A stretch of DNA of 64,000 bases from an uncultured Eubacteriales bacterium (GCA_905207625.1 CAJLLT010000005.1:23344-87343); one strand, 5' to 3'; numbered from the stretch's first letter, positions 28,853 through 38,230 are shown. The notes: generated from the sequence alone by a model not told the origin. Translations and numbers: made by a program.

Positions 28853-29350
28853 ATGGAACTTATTCAAACCGGTAAAATAGTTAACACGCACGGAATAAAA
28901 GGCGAGGTAAAGATCGAACCGTGGGCGGACAGTCCCGAGGTTCTCACAAAACTGACATCCCTCTGGATAAACGGAACAGAGTACGGAATAATTCAGGCGA
29001 GAGTTCACGGCAGCTGCGTCCTTGCAAAGCTCAGGGGTGTTGACAGCATGGATGATGCGGAAAAGCTCAAAGGAAAAACTGTTTCGGCGGACAGAAAGGA
29101 ATTCACTCTGGACGAGGGTTCTTATTTTGTCGCAGATCTGGAAGGGCTCAGAGTGACCGATGCCGACAGCGGCGAGGTATACGGAGTACTTGCGGAGGTG
29201 ATACAGTACCCCGCGGGAAACGACGTGTATAAAATCGTCACCGACGGAAAAAAAGAGCTTTATGTCCCCGCGATCAGAGACTGTATTATCGGTGTTGATA
29301 TTGAAAAAGGCGAAATGAAAATCAGACCCCTTCCCGGACTTTTTGACTGA
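28853..29350 (+). CDS. rimM: 16S rRNA processing protein RimM
   Basis: N-terminus GKIVNTHGIKGEVKIEPW and a PRC-barrel C-terminus. Start set to ATG 28853, just after the KH gene stop. Confidence 0.85.
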   Translation: MELIQTGKIVNTHGIKGEVKIEPWADSPEVLTKLTSLWINGTEYGIIQARVHGSCVLAKLRGVDSMDDAEKLKGKTVSADRKEFTLDEGSYFVADLEGLRVTDADSGEVYGVLAEVIQYPAGNDVYKIVTDGKKELYVPAIRDCIIGVDIEKGEMKIRPLPGLFD

Positions 29351-29352
29351 CA

Positions 29353-30078
29353 ATGAGATTTGATATTATGACGCTCTTTCCGGGCGAAGTGGACGCTTTT
29401 CTGAGCGCCAGCATCATCGGAAGAGCAAGAAAAAACGGATATATTCAGGTGCATTGCCATGATATCCGGGCTTACACGAAAGATAAGCATAACCGGGTAG
29501 ATGACTACCCATACGGCGGAGGCAAGGGAATGCTTATGCAGCCTCAGCCCGTTTTCGACTGCTTTGCAGATATAAAGCAGCAGGTACCCGATACTTACCT
29601 TGTATACCTTTCCCCAAAGGGGAAAAGATTTACTCAGACCTGCGCAAAAAGGCTTCTCAAAAAGGAAAACATAACCCTGCTGTGCGGTCACTATGAGGGA
29701 ATAGATCAGCGCATAATCGACACTATCGTGGACGAAGAGATATCCGTAGGAGATTACGTTCTGACCGGCGGAGAGTTGCCGGCAATGATAGTTGTGGACT
29801 GTGTGGCGAGAATGGTCGACGGAGTTCTGGCTGATCCGTCCTGCTTTGAGGACGAAAGTTTCTTCAACGGATTACTGGAATATCCACAATACACCCGTCC
29901 CCCGGTGTATGAAGGAATGGCGGTGCCTGAGGTACTGCAGAACGGGGATCATGCGAAGATCGCAAAATGGAGACTGGAAAAGTCTCTTGAAATAACGGCT
30001 CTGCGCCGCAGGGATCTTTATACGAGGTACATGCGGAAAATGCAGAAAAAAAACCAGGACAAAAAAAATCGAAAATAA
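29353..30078 (+). CDS. trmD: tRNA (guanine37-N1)-methyltransferase
   Basis: Motifs MRFDIMTLFP, GHYEGIDQR and GDYVLTGGELPAM. Confidence 0.92.
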   Translation: MRFDIMTLFPGEVDAFLSASIIGRARKNGYIQVHCHDIRAYTKDKHNRVDDYPYGGGKGMLMQPQPVFDCFADIKQQVPDTYLVYLSPKGKRFTQTCAKRLLKKENITLLCGHYEGIDQRIIDTIVDEEISVGDYVLTGGELPAMIVVDCVARMVDGVLADPSCFEDESFFNGLLEYPQYTRPPVYEGMAVPEVLQNGDHAKIAKWRLEKSLEITALRRRDLYTRYMRKMQKKNQDKKNRK

Positions 30079-30087
30079 CGGATTTTC

Positions 30088-30169
30088 CCCGCTTCTGCAA
30101 CGAAGACAACAGCATAGCCCTGAGGCACGGCGTCTCTGAGGACGTTTCTTTGCAGAGCGGGATTTTTAT
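30088..30169 (+). terminator. Long-stem terminator closing the trmD operon
   Basis: CCCGCTTCTGCAA (30088-30100) pairs with TTGCAGAGCGGG (30150-30161, one bulge) and is followed by ATTTTTAT. Confidence 0.5.
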
Positions 30170-30207
30170 AGCAAAAAAAGATGCATGCCAAGGAGGTTTC
30201 CCCAATA

Positions 30208-32688
30208 ATGAACCAGATAAACTATTACGTTTCCACAAAAGGAAACGATGCCAACGACGGCTCCTTGCAGAAGCCCTTCCGGACCCTTGCCAGGGCTCAG
30301 CAGGCAGTGAGAGAAACGCCTAAGACCGCTCCCATAACAGTAAACATCCGGGGGGGTGAGTATAAAATCAGAAAGCCCCTGAAATTTGATGAAAGGGACT
30401 CCGGAACACCCGAATTTCCCGTTACATACAGGGGATATAAAAACGAGCGCCCCTTCTTTAACGGCGGAAAAAAGATCCCCGCAGGAAGAATAAGCAAGGT
30501 TACGGACAACGCTGTTCTTGACCGTATCATAGATAAATTCGCGGCGTCAAAACTCATGAAAATAGACCTTAACGGACTTATCGAACGTTATACCCCGGTC
30601 ATGGCGGAAAACTCCTGGGCGCAGGAACCCATGGAAATATACGTCAACGGTGTTTGCCTGGGGCAGTCCCGCTGGCCCAATGACGTGGAGGGTGAGGCTT
30701 ATCTTCTCAGCACCCGCACGGAGAACGACAAGCATCATCAGGACCGTATGCCCTTCGCCTTCAACTATGCCGACGACACCGACCATGCCGCAAAATACTG
30801 GGACGAAAGAACCCTGAAGGATATGTATATTTACGGTTTTCTCTGTGCCGACTGGACGGACGGAGTGTACCGTGTCGCGGATATGGATTTCAAAAACAAA
30901 TATGTGGTCGCGGGCAACGGCTCAGACTGGAATATCCTGGGCGGACACCGTTTTTATTTCTTCAATATCCTGGAGGAAATAGACCTGCCCGGCGAAAGCT
31001 ATATTGACAGACACAACAAAACCGTATACTTCTACCCTCCCTGTGACATGAAAGGCGCCGACGTATACCTTTCAACCTTCTACGACACGTTCCTTGAGTT
31101 TGAAGGAACGTCGGATGTCGTACTCAAGAACCTTGAAATTGCCTATACCAGACAGACACCCGTAAAGGGCAGAAACGTAAACCGCATAGTAATTGACAAC
31201 GTAAATATCTGCCATACCTCCGAAACCGCGGTCATGATGGAGGGCATGAACTGCACTGTAAGAAACTGCCATATGTTTGATACCGCCACGGGAATAATAA
31301 CTCTTGACGGCGGCGACAGACGGAACCTCGTCCACGCAAATCATCTGGTGGAAAACAACAGACTGCACAGCATGGCAAGAAACACTAAGGTATATGCCGA
31401 CGCGATAGGTTTCAGCGGGTGCGGTATGACCATAAGGAACAACAAGCTTTACGACTCCGCTCACCTGATAGTCGGAATAAACCGCGGCAACGACGTGGAT
31501 ATAGAATACAACGAAATATATAATGCCGTCCGGGAATCATCGGATATGGGGGCAGTATATTACGGAAGAGACGTTATGAGCATGGGCATAAATTTCCGTT
31601 ATAACTACTTCCATAACATCGGAAACACATACGGAGGAGCGGGACAGCAGTCTATCTTCGTGGATGACGGCTCGGCGGCGCCCTATGTCTACGGAAACAT
31701 TTTCTACAAGGGTGCACTCACGGAAGAAAGAGGCGGCAAGATTACCGACGCCTTTGCGGTAAAAACCAACGGCGGACAGTACGGTGTGTACAAAAACAAC
31801 ATATTTGTGGACGTTCCCTGCGCACTGCGTTTCCAGACCTGGAAATGGATGTACGGAACGGACGGAAAATACTTTGAATGGCCCGGACAGAAACAGGGCG
31901 GCTGGTGGCAGTGGGTCGCCGGAGACGGGACCTGGAAGGAAATAACCCAGAAACTTAACCTCTGGGATCCCAAGTGGGTCGAAAGGTACAAAGATACCCA
32001 GTGGGCTCCGATATTCTCAATGTTCAGCGAAGAACTCAGAGAGGAATGGAAGGCTCTCAAAGCCGACCCCTCAAAATCAAGAGAATATGAAGAATTCCTG
32101 GATAAACATGCCCCGGAAGCCTCAAATCTCTGTGAAGAGAACGTCGCTATAAAGACTCTTGCATTTACAGAAGGTCAGCCCTACACCGGAAATGCAAGCG
32201 GAGACAGAAATTACAGCTCCCCCTCTCATATTCTCCCCTCCGGCAGGTCCATGTTTGTGGAATACGGAAAAGACTTCAGACTCACTGAAGAAGGCCTTGC
32301 AGAAGTCCGCAAAACTGCCCCCGATTTTGAGAACATTCCCACTGATCTCATCGGACTGAAGCCCTTTACCGATGACGAGGGAAACACCGTGTTCGTGGGA
32401 GGACTGGAGCCCTATGCAGAGGGACTGAGAATAAAAAGAAGCAGGACCTATTCCGCGAACTACAGGTACGTTTCTCCCTCCGGAGTGAAAGAGGGTGCCT
32501 CAAGCTTCCTGTGGTACGTTTCGGACAGCAAAAACGGAGAATACAGACCGTTGAACAACAGAAGAGACCGTGAAATTCCCATAACCGAGGACCTCAGAGG
32601 AAAATATCTGAAGGTTGCGGTAAAGGTAAGAGACCGTAATATGATATATTCCGACGACATCTTCTCCGCACCCGTAAAGGTACTGTAA
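30208..32688 (+). CDS. Cytoplasmic right-handed parallel beta-helix protein, paralog 1 (function unknown; putative carbohydrate-active enzyme)
   Basis: 826 aa with an AGGAGG RBS and no signal peptide. The N-terminus YYVSTKGNDANDGSLQKPFRTLARAQ is DUF1565-like. It has repeated N-x-x-H/N beta-helix rungs and the conserved blocks SSDMGAVYYGR, GQQSIFVDDGSA and FEWPGQKQGGWWQW. Confidence 0.8.
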   Translation: MNQINYYVSTKGNDANDGSLQKPFRTLARAQQAVRETPKTAPITVNIRGGEYKIRKPLKFDERDSGTPEFPVTYRGYKNERPFFNGGKKIPAGRISKVTDNAVLDRIIDKFAASKLMKIDLNGLIERYTPVMAENSWAQEPMEIYVNGVCLGQSRWPNDVEGEAYLLSTRTENDKHHQDRMPFAFNYADDTDHAAKYWDERTLKDMYIYGFLCADWTDGVYRVADMDFKNKYVVAGNGSDWNILGGHRFYFFNILEEIDLPGESYIDRHNKTVYFYPPCDMKGADVYLSTFYDTFLEFEGTSDVVLKNLEIAYTRQTPVKGRNVNRIVIDNVNICHTSETAVMMEGMNCTVRNCHMFDTATGIITLDGGDRRNLVHANHLVENNRLHSMARNTKVYADAIGFSGCGMTIRNNKLYDSAHLIVGINRGNDVDIEYNEIYNAVRESSDMGAVYYGRDVMSMGINFRYNYFHNIGNTYGGAGQQSIFVDDGSAAPYVYGNIFYKGALTEERGGKITDAFAVKTNGGQYGVYKNNIFVDVPCALRFQTWKWMYGTDGKYFEWPGQKQGGWWQWVAGDGTWKEITQKLNLWDPKWVERYKDTQWAPIFSMFSEELREEWKALKADPSKSREYEEFLDKHAPEASNLCEENVAIKTLAFTEGQPYTGNASGDRNYSSPSHILPSGRSMFVEYGKDFRLTEEGLAEVRKTAPDFENIPTDLIGLKPFTDDEGNTVFVGGLEPYAEGLRIKRSRTYSANYRYVSPSGVKEGASSFLWYVSDSKNGEYRPLNNRRDREIPITEDLRGKYLKVAVKVRDRNMIYSDDIFSAPVKVL

Positions 32689-32696
32689 CAAATAAA

Positions 32697-32725
32697 GGCA
32701 GACCGCCGGGCGGTCTGCCTTTTTT
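32697..32725 (+). terminator. Rho-independent terminator after beta-helix paralog 1
   Basis: Stem GGCAGACCG / CGGTCTGCC with a CCGGG loop, followed by TTTTTT. Confidence 0.8.
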
Positions 32726-32759
32726 CGGACAAAAAGATAAAGAAAGGACTTTTCCGAAC

Positions 32760-33371
32760 ATGACTTATCAGGAACAGAAGCAACGCAGCGATGAAGGAAG
32801 GCTTTTTCTTCCCGCCGACGAAAGAATAATACAGGAACAGAACAAAGCCGTCAGGGATCTCTGGCAGCTTAATCAGATACCGCCGTTTGAACAGGAAAAA
32901 CGGGAAGAAATGTATAAAAAAGTTTTTGCCCGTATAGGTGAAGGGGCGAGGCTGGAATCCCCCGTCCATGCGAACTGGGGCGGAAAAAACGTTTATATAG
33001 GAAAAAATTTTTATTCCAACTTCAACCTCACCCTGGTGGATGACGGAAAAATATTTATTGGGGACAACTGCATGTTTGCCCCGAACGTGACCATAGCCAC
33101 GGCAGGTCATCCCGTAGATCCGGACCTGCGCCGGCAGGGACTTCAGTACAACGCCGACGTTCATATCGGCGATAACGTGTGGCTGGGAGCCGGAGTTCTT
33201 GTAATGCCAGGTGTAACCATAGGAAGCAATACGGTAATAGGCGCCGGCAGCGTTGTGACCAGAGATATCCCCTCCGGAGTGGTTGCCGTGGGAAATCCGT
33301 GCCGAGTTCTCAGGCAGGTGGGACAACGGGACAAAGAATACTACTTCAAAGACCGTAAAGTGGATCTGTAA
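32760..33371 (+). CDS. maa: Maltose/galactoside O-acetyltransferase (hexapeptide-repeat, Maa/LacA family)
   Basis: The N-terminal Mac domain (EQKQRSDEGRLFLPAD...) is followed by a left-handed beta-helix with GDNCMFAPNVTIATAGHP, IGDNVWLGAGVLVMPGVTIG and VVAVGNPCRVLR. Confidence 0.85.
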   Translation: MTYQEQKQRSDEGRLFLPADERIIQEQNKAVRDLWQLNQIPPFEQEKREEMYKKVFARIGEGARLESPVHANWGGKNVYIGKNFYSNFNLTLVDDGKIFIGDNCMFAPNVTIATAGHPVDPDLRRQGLQYNADVHIGDNVWLGAGVLVMPGVTIGSNTVIGAGSVVTRDIPSGVVAVGNPCRVLRQVGQRDKEYYFKDRKVDL

Positions 33372-33457
33372 GCCCTTTTCGTTGAGCCTGAACCCGAACG
33401 GGAGAAGTTTCCCGGAGCGGGACACTGATACCGTAAGAAAGAAATGAGGATAAGTCT

Positions 33458-35944
33458 GTGAAAGCTTTCTATATAGCTCCGTACGGATGCGACAACGCCG
33501 ACGGGACGATTGAAAATCCCTTTGCGACAATAGACCGAGCCAGGGCTGAGGTCAGAAAAGCTGACAAGTCCGAACCCATTACAGTATATATAAGAGGCGG
33601 AGAATATAACATTACCGCACCGGTTTACTTCACCTCAGAGGACTCCGGGACAGAAATCTGTCCTGTAACTTACGAGGCATACGGAAATGAAGATCCTGTG
33701 TTTTCGGGAGGACTCAGAATTCCGAAAAACAAGGTAAAAAAAGCGGAAAACCGAGAAATCGTGGAAAGGGTCATAGACCCCTTTGCCGCATCAAAGCTTA
33801 TGCAGGCGGATCTTTCGGATCTCGGTGAAGATATTCCGAACCCGGTGGATGAACAAAGAGGTTTGAGACACACCCCGATCGAAGTTTATGTAAACGGAAA
33901 AGCCTTGACACAATCCCGTTGGCCCAATGACGAACCGGGCCACGCTTATCTGCGTACAAGACAAACCTGGGTGGACCTTGACCACTGGGGAGAGAAGCCG
34001 TTTACGTTCACATACATAGACAGAACCGACCACGCCCGCAGATTCTGGGACAAGGTCGATGTAAGTCAGCTGTGCTTCTGCGGCTTTATGGGCAACGATT
34101 GGTCGGACGGATCCTACCGTATATCCTCTTTCGATTTCAGAGAGAAAAAAGTTACCTCCACCTGCGGCTCCGCATACCCTGCCCGGGGCAATTGCCGGTT
34201 CTACTTTTTCAATCTTCCCGAAGAAATAGACGTTCCGGGAGAAAGCTACATTGAACGTGAAGCAAAAATGATCTACTTCTATCCGCCCTGTGACATGGAA
34301 AACGCTGAGGTCATTTTGCCGAAATACAACGATGTTTTTCTATCCTTTGAGGATGTCTCGAACGTAACTTTCCGGAATATAAGCATAGTCTATACCCGCC
34401 CAGCACCGATAAGAGGCAGAAATCTGAAAAACTTCACTCTTGACGGAGTGAACATCGGGCACACGTCCCAGGCTGCGGCGGGTCTTGAGGGAAGCAGTAT
34501 TACTGTCAGAAACTGTCACTTCTACGACACTGCGTCGGGAATGCTTCACGTCAGAGGCGGCGACAGAAAAGAGCTTGTCCCTGCAAATAACAGGATAATG
34601 AACAACAGACTGCACAGTATGTGCCGCAATGTGCGGACATATCGTCCGGCGCTGAGCGTTTCCGGAATGGGGTTTGATGTGGAAAACAACGAAATATACG
34701 ACTCCCCTCACCTTATTATTGAGTGCGCAAACTCCAACGACATACGCTTCCGTTACAACGAAATACACCATGCCGTTGCTGACTCCTCCGATATGGGCGC
34801 AATATACTGGGGAAGGAACTGGTCGACCTTCGGCATAGAAATATGCTACAATTACTTCCACCACAACTACAATACCTACGGAGGTGTGGGACAGCAGTCC
34901 GTATTTGTGGACGACGGTTCGGCGGGACCGTACATGTTCGGTAACATCTTTTACAGAGGTTCTCTCCCGGAAAGCCTTGGAGGCACGGAAAGGGACAGTT
35001 TTGCCGTGAAGGAAAACGGAGGTCAGTACGGAGTTTTCAGAAATAATATGTTCATCGACTCCCCCATGGCTCTGCGCTTCCAGACCTGGAAATGGATGTT
35101 CGGCACCGACGGGGCATACTTTGAATGGCCGGGCCAGCGTCAGGGCGGATGGTGGCAATGGGCGGCAAGCGACGGGGAATGGAAAAAAGTGACCCGGGAT
35201 GTGGACATTTTCGGAAGGAAGTGGCGGGAGCATTACCGGGGAACACAATGGGAGCCCATCCCCGATCTTTTCAGTGAAGAACTCCGTCGGGAATGGAAAA
35301 GCCTGCGGACACCGGAAACATCAAAGGAATATGAAGCCTTCCTGGATGCCCACGCTCCGGAATGTACAAATCTGGTGGAGGGAAACGTCAATATAGGCAT
35401 CAAAACCGATAATAACGGCCAGACGTACACCGGAAATGCCCGTGGAACGGAAAATTTCCGGGCACAGACAGATATCTTGCCCTCCGGAGAATCCATGTTC
35501 CGGGACTACGGCAGGGACTTCACCCTTACACCGCAGGGACTTGACCACATCCGTAAGACATTGCCCGGATTCGAGAATATTCACACGGAAAAAATAGGAC
35601 TTATGCCGTATCTGCGCAACGGTGTTTCCCGTGAGGTGGGAGGAAAAGCTCCGACAGCGGAAAAACTGAGGATAAAAAGAGGCGGCAGATTCCGCCGGAG
35701 TGAAGTCATACGGGCGGAGTACAGATATTTTTCACCTGAAGGCACGGATGCCGGTCCGGCAGAGTTTATCTGGGAAAAATCCGAAAAAAGAAACGGTGAA
35801 TACCGCACGATTTGGGGTAAAAAGGATGCGGAAGTCGTTATAAACGGCGCCATCAGGGGCAAATATGTCCGTTTCGGGGTCCGGGTCTACGACAAAAACA
35901 GACTTTACTCGGAAATCGTTTATTCCGCACCGATAAAGATCTGA
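33458..35944 (+). CDS. Cytoplasmic right-handed parallel beta-helix protein, paralog 2
   Basis: 828 aa, GTG start with a GAGGA RBS. It is collinear with paralog 1 over its full length, sharing blocks ITVYIRGGEY, QSRWPND, RFYFFN..EEID.PGESYI, YFYPPCDM, SSDMGAIYWGR, GQQSVFVDDGSA and FEWPGQRQGGWWQW. Confidence 0.8.
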   Translation: MKAFYIAPYGCDNADGTIENPFATIDRARAEVRKADKSEPITVYIRGGEYNITAPVYFTSEDSGTEICPVTYEAYGNEDPVFSGGLRIPKNKVKKAENREIVERVIDPFAASKLMQADLSDLGEDIPNPVDEQRGLRHTPIEVYVNGKALTQSRWPNDEPGHAYLRTRQTWVDLDHWGEKPFTFTYIDRTDHARRFWDKVDVSQLCFCGFMGNDWSDGSYRISSFDFREKKVTSTCGSAYPARGNCRFYFFNLPEEIDVPGESYIEREAKMIYFYPPCDMENAEVILPKYNDVFLSFEDVSNVTFRNISIVYTRPAPIRGRNLKNFTLDGVNIGHTSQAAAGLEGSSITVRNCHFYDTASGMLHVRGGDRKELVPANNRIMNNRLHSMCRNVRTYRPALSVSGMGFDVENNEIYDSPHLIIECANSNDIRFRYNEIHHAVADSSDMGAIYWGRNWSTFGIEICYNYFHHNYNTYGGVGQQSVFVDDGSAGPYMFGNIFYRGSLPESLGGTERDSFAVKENGGQYGVFRNNMFIDSPMALRFQTWKWMFGTDGAYFEWPGQRQGGWWQWAASDGEWKKVTRDVDIFGRKWREHYRGTQWEPIPDLFSEELRREWKSLRTPETSKEYEAFLDAHAPECTNLVEGNVNIGIKTDNNGQTYTGNARGTENFRAQTDILPSGESMFRDYGRDFTLTPQGLDHIRKTLPGFENIHTEKIGLMPYLRNGVSREVGGKAPTAEKLRIKRGGRFRRSEVIRAEYRYFSPEGTDAGPAEFIWEKSEKRNGEYRTIWGKKDAEVVINGAIRGKYVRFGVRVYDKNRLYSEIVYSAPIKI

Positions 35945-36002
35945 ATGCCGCTCATTTTTCCGTATTGTCACGGCAAAAGATCAAGCCGGAAAACGATAAA
36001 GC

Positions 36003-36026
36003 AAGAGCTGCCCTGAGGCAGCTCTT
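36003..36026. terminator. Bidirectional hairpin between beta-helix paralog 2 and the cupin remnant
   Basis: 10-bp stem AAGAGCTGCC / GGCAGCTCTT with a CTGA loop and T-rich flanks on both strands. Confidence 0.6.
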
Positions 36027-36041
36027 ACTTTATTCCAGTTT

Positions 36042-36379
36042 TTATACGGGAAAAACGACGACAAGAAGCATTTTGAAACGTTCTTTTCCGAATACCGCGT
36101 GGGGATGGCCGGCAGGCATCACTATACTCTGTCCCGGGTGGAGGTCATGTTCTATCCCGTCAATTGTTATTCTTCACACCCCGTCAAGGCAGGTCACAAA
36201 AGCGTCTCCGCCAGAGGCATGGGTGCTGATCTCCTCGTTTTTATCAAAGGAAAACAGGGTTATGCTGACCGCTCCGTTCTGGGCAAGGGTCTTGCTTACG
36301 ACCTGCCCTTCCTGATATGCGATCTCGTCTTTCAGGGTAAGGACTTCCGCCTTGGAAATGTTCTTATAGGTCCGTTCAT
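36042..36379 (-). pseudogene. Cupin-domain gene disrupted by one frameshift and one in-frame TGA
   Basis: The minus strand reads ..ERTYKNISKAEVLTLKDEIAYQEGQVVSKTLAQNGAVSITLFSFDKNEEISTHASGGDAFVTCLDGV-TGA-RITIDGIEHDLHPGQSIVMPAGHPHAVFGKERFKMLLVVVFPV-TAA. The only ATG with an RBS (36377-36379, AGGAGAA upstream) is out of frame and hits a stop after 15 codons. Confidence 0.6.
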
Positions 36380-36421
36380 GATGATTTTCTCCTGATTATT
36401 TTAAATTTTCTGAGCAAAGAT

Positions 36422-37111
36422 TCAGATCAGTTGCTGTTCGTTTATCATCAGTTTGAATTGCAATCCCAGTTTTTCCGCCGCTTTGCGGCAAAGTATCATA
36501 CGGTTAAGGAATATTTCAAAATAGTCCATTACAGAGCCCATATGGGTATCTACCGTAAGTTTCAGTTTTATCAGCGTATGGGCTTCATTTATTTTCAGTT
36601 CCGACCGGGTAACGGAATAATTGACCCTGTCGTGAATATCAAAGGTAGTCGTGTCGGTATTTCTGACTCTGCTCCGGCGAACGTCGGACTTATCCGCGAG
36701 TATAAGCGCCGCCGCAAGAGGACTCACCGGAACGCCTGTCCCCTCGTCGTGATTACCTATCGCAGAGGTTATCATCGCAATATCCTCTGGGGCAAAACCC
36801 ATTTTATCGAGAAGCCGGAAAGCCATAACTGCCCCGCTCTGGCTGTGTTCCACCCGATTCACCAGGTTTCCGATATCGTGCAGATATCCGGCAATTTTAG
36901 CCATTTCCACCATATGAGCAGGATATCCCATAGTTTGCAGAATATACCCGGCCTTTTCAGCCACAAGGGTGACATGCGCGAAACTGTGTTCTGTATACCC
37001 CAGGCTTATAAGGGAGGCATCTGCCGCAGAAATGTATGTTTTTATTGCCTCATCGTTTTTCAGCTGTTCATAAGTTACGCCGCAGAATACTTCTTCTTTT
37101 TCCATACTCAA
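36422..37111 (-). CDS. HD-domain metal-dependent phosphohydrolase
   Basis: Motifs HSFAHV...GYLHDIGN...GNHDEG match the H..HD..D pattern. Confidence 0.8.
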   Translation of the reverse strand: MSMEKEEVFCGVTYEQLKNDEAIKTYISAADASLISLGYTEHSFAHVTLVAEKAGYILQTMGYPAHMVEMAKIAGYLHDIGNLVNRVEHSQSGAVMAFRLLDKMGFAPEDIAMITSAIGNHDEGTGVPVSPLAAALILADKSDVRRSRVRNTDTTTFDIHDRVNYSVTRSELKINEAHTLIKLKLTVDTHMGSVMDYFEIFLNRMILCRKAAEKLGLQFKLMINEQQLI

Positions 37112-37192
37112 GCTCTTTTCTCCGAATTATATATTGATTATACCGCCGTTTTGTAACGTATAAAACCTCAATTCCGTAAAACTCCGGTTAAA

Positions 37193-38167
37193 TCAGGTTT
37201 CAGGACTGTTTTTGCTTTCACGTTCGCAGACCGCATCAAAGATAACAGAAGTCAGCAGACCGGATAAAAGCACTATCACTATATCGGCGGGAGACAAAAC
37301 TATCAGTGGCAGTCCGCTGAAAAAGAATCCCGAGCCGAAACGGTAGAGATTACCGCTGAGCAGAATCAGTTCCCCTGCGTACATCAGTCCTGTTACCGCA
37401 CTTGCGACTATTCCGGGAAGGACAACGGATAAAAACTTATTCTTTTCCAGTGTGAAAGAGCCAGCATAAATACCGACTGTCATACCGAGAACAATAAAGA
37501 AAACCGCCATAAGAACCGCCGATACTGCGCTGACGGTAACGTCACCGGTACGGTAAAATGCGGTAAAGCAGGCCCAGACACACATCGAGACAAATACAAC
37601 ACTTGAAACAGACTGCAACACAAGCGGCTTCAGACGTTTTTTATTTCCGCTCAGTATCAGGTCTCCGAAGCCGTAAAAGCAGTTGAGCAGAGAAAGTATG
37701 ATGACTATGGATATAAGATAAAAATGAAGCTTGAACGCCGGGCTGTATTCTCCTATAAGAACATCCACGGGCTTCCACGTCCGGGTCTCGAATATCTCGG
37801 GAGAAACATAACACATATACATCTGCCAGCTTTCAAGGCTGGACTGTACATAAGAAGTCACTATAACCTTGCTTTCAAGCAACAGTTCGGAGGTAAAAAA
37901 CATTGCCGAAGAAATAACGGATGCCACGGGCAAAGCAAGTTTTCCCGCATACCGGACAAGCAGAGGCAAAAGAACGACTCCGGCAAGCAGAGCCAGGCAG
38001 ATCGGTGTATACGGAATTATGTATTTCGGATAATCCTCCGCAAGTACTGTCCCGTTGCGGATCATATCGGAAACTACTCTTATTCCCATATACAGGGGAT
38101 AAAAAGACGCGACAAGAACACCCATCAAGGACAGGATCCAGTATCTTCGGAAGCACTTGTTTCTCAT
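37193..38167 (-). CDS. Polytopic membrane protein, unknown function
   Basis: About 8 hydrophobic helices. Start set to ATG 38165-38167 with an AAAGGAG RBS. Confidence 0.6.
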   Translation of the reverse strand: MRNKCFRRYWILSLMGVLVASFYPLYMGIRVVSDMIRNGTVLAEDYPKYIIPYTPICLALLAGVVLLPLLVRYAGKLALPVASVISSAMFFTSELLLESKVIVTSYVQSSLESWQMYMCYVSPEIFETRTWKPVDVLIGEYSPAFKLHFYLISIVIILSLLNCFYGFGDLILSGNKKRLKPLVLQSVSSVVFVSMCVWACFTAFYRTGDVTVSAVSAVLMAVFFIVLGMTVGIYAGSFTLEKNKFLSVVLPGIVASAVTGLMYAGELILLSGNLYRFGSGFFFSGLPLIVLSPADIVIVLLSGLLTSVIFDAVCERESKNSPET

Positions 38168-38230
38168 TTCTGCTCCTTTCCGCCGTTGCACAACAGCAAA
38201 AAAACCGGTTGGGAAAACATTTCCGATTAA

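Noticed and set aside
32460-33530. 356-aa minus-strand ORF spanning the 3' end of beta-helix paralog 1, the maa gene and the 5' end of paralog 2.
   Set aside because: It crosses a strong + strand terminator and two intergenic regions, and it has no recognisable domains. The + strand genes all have RBSs and clear family motifs.
36174-36176. In-frame TGA in the cupin remnant as a possible selenocysteine or recoded codon.
   Set aside because: TGA is used as an ordinary stop by many genes in the window. No SECIS-like hairpin follows it. The same gene also carries an independent frameshift, so decay is the simpler explanation.
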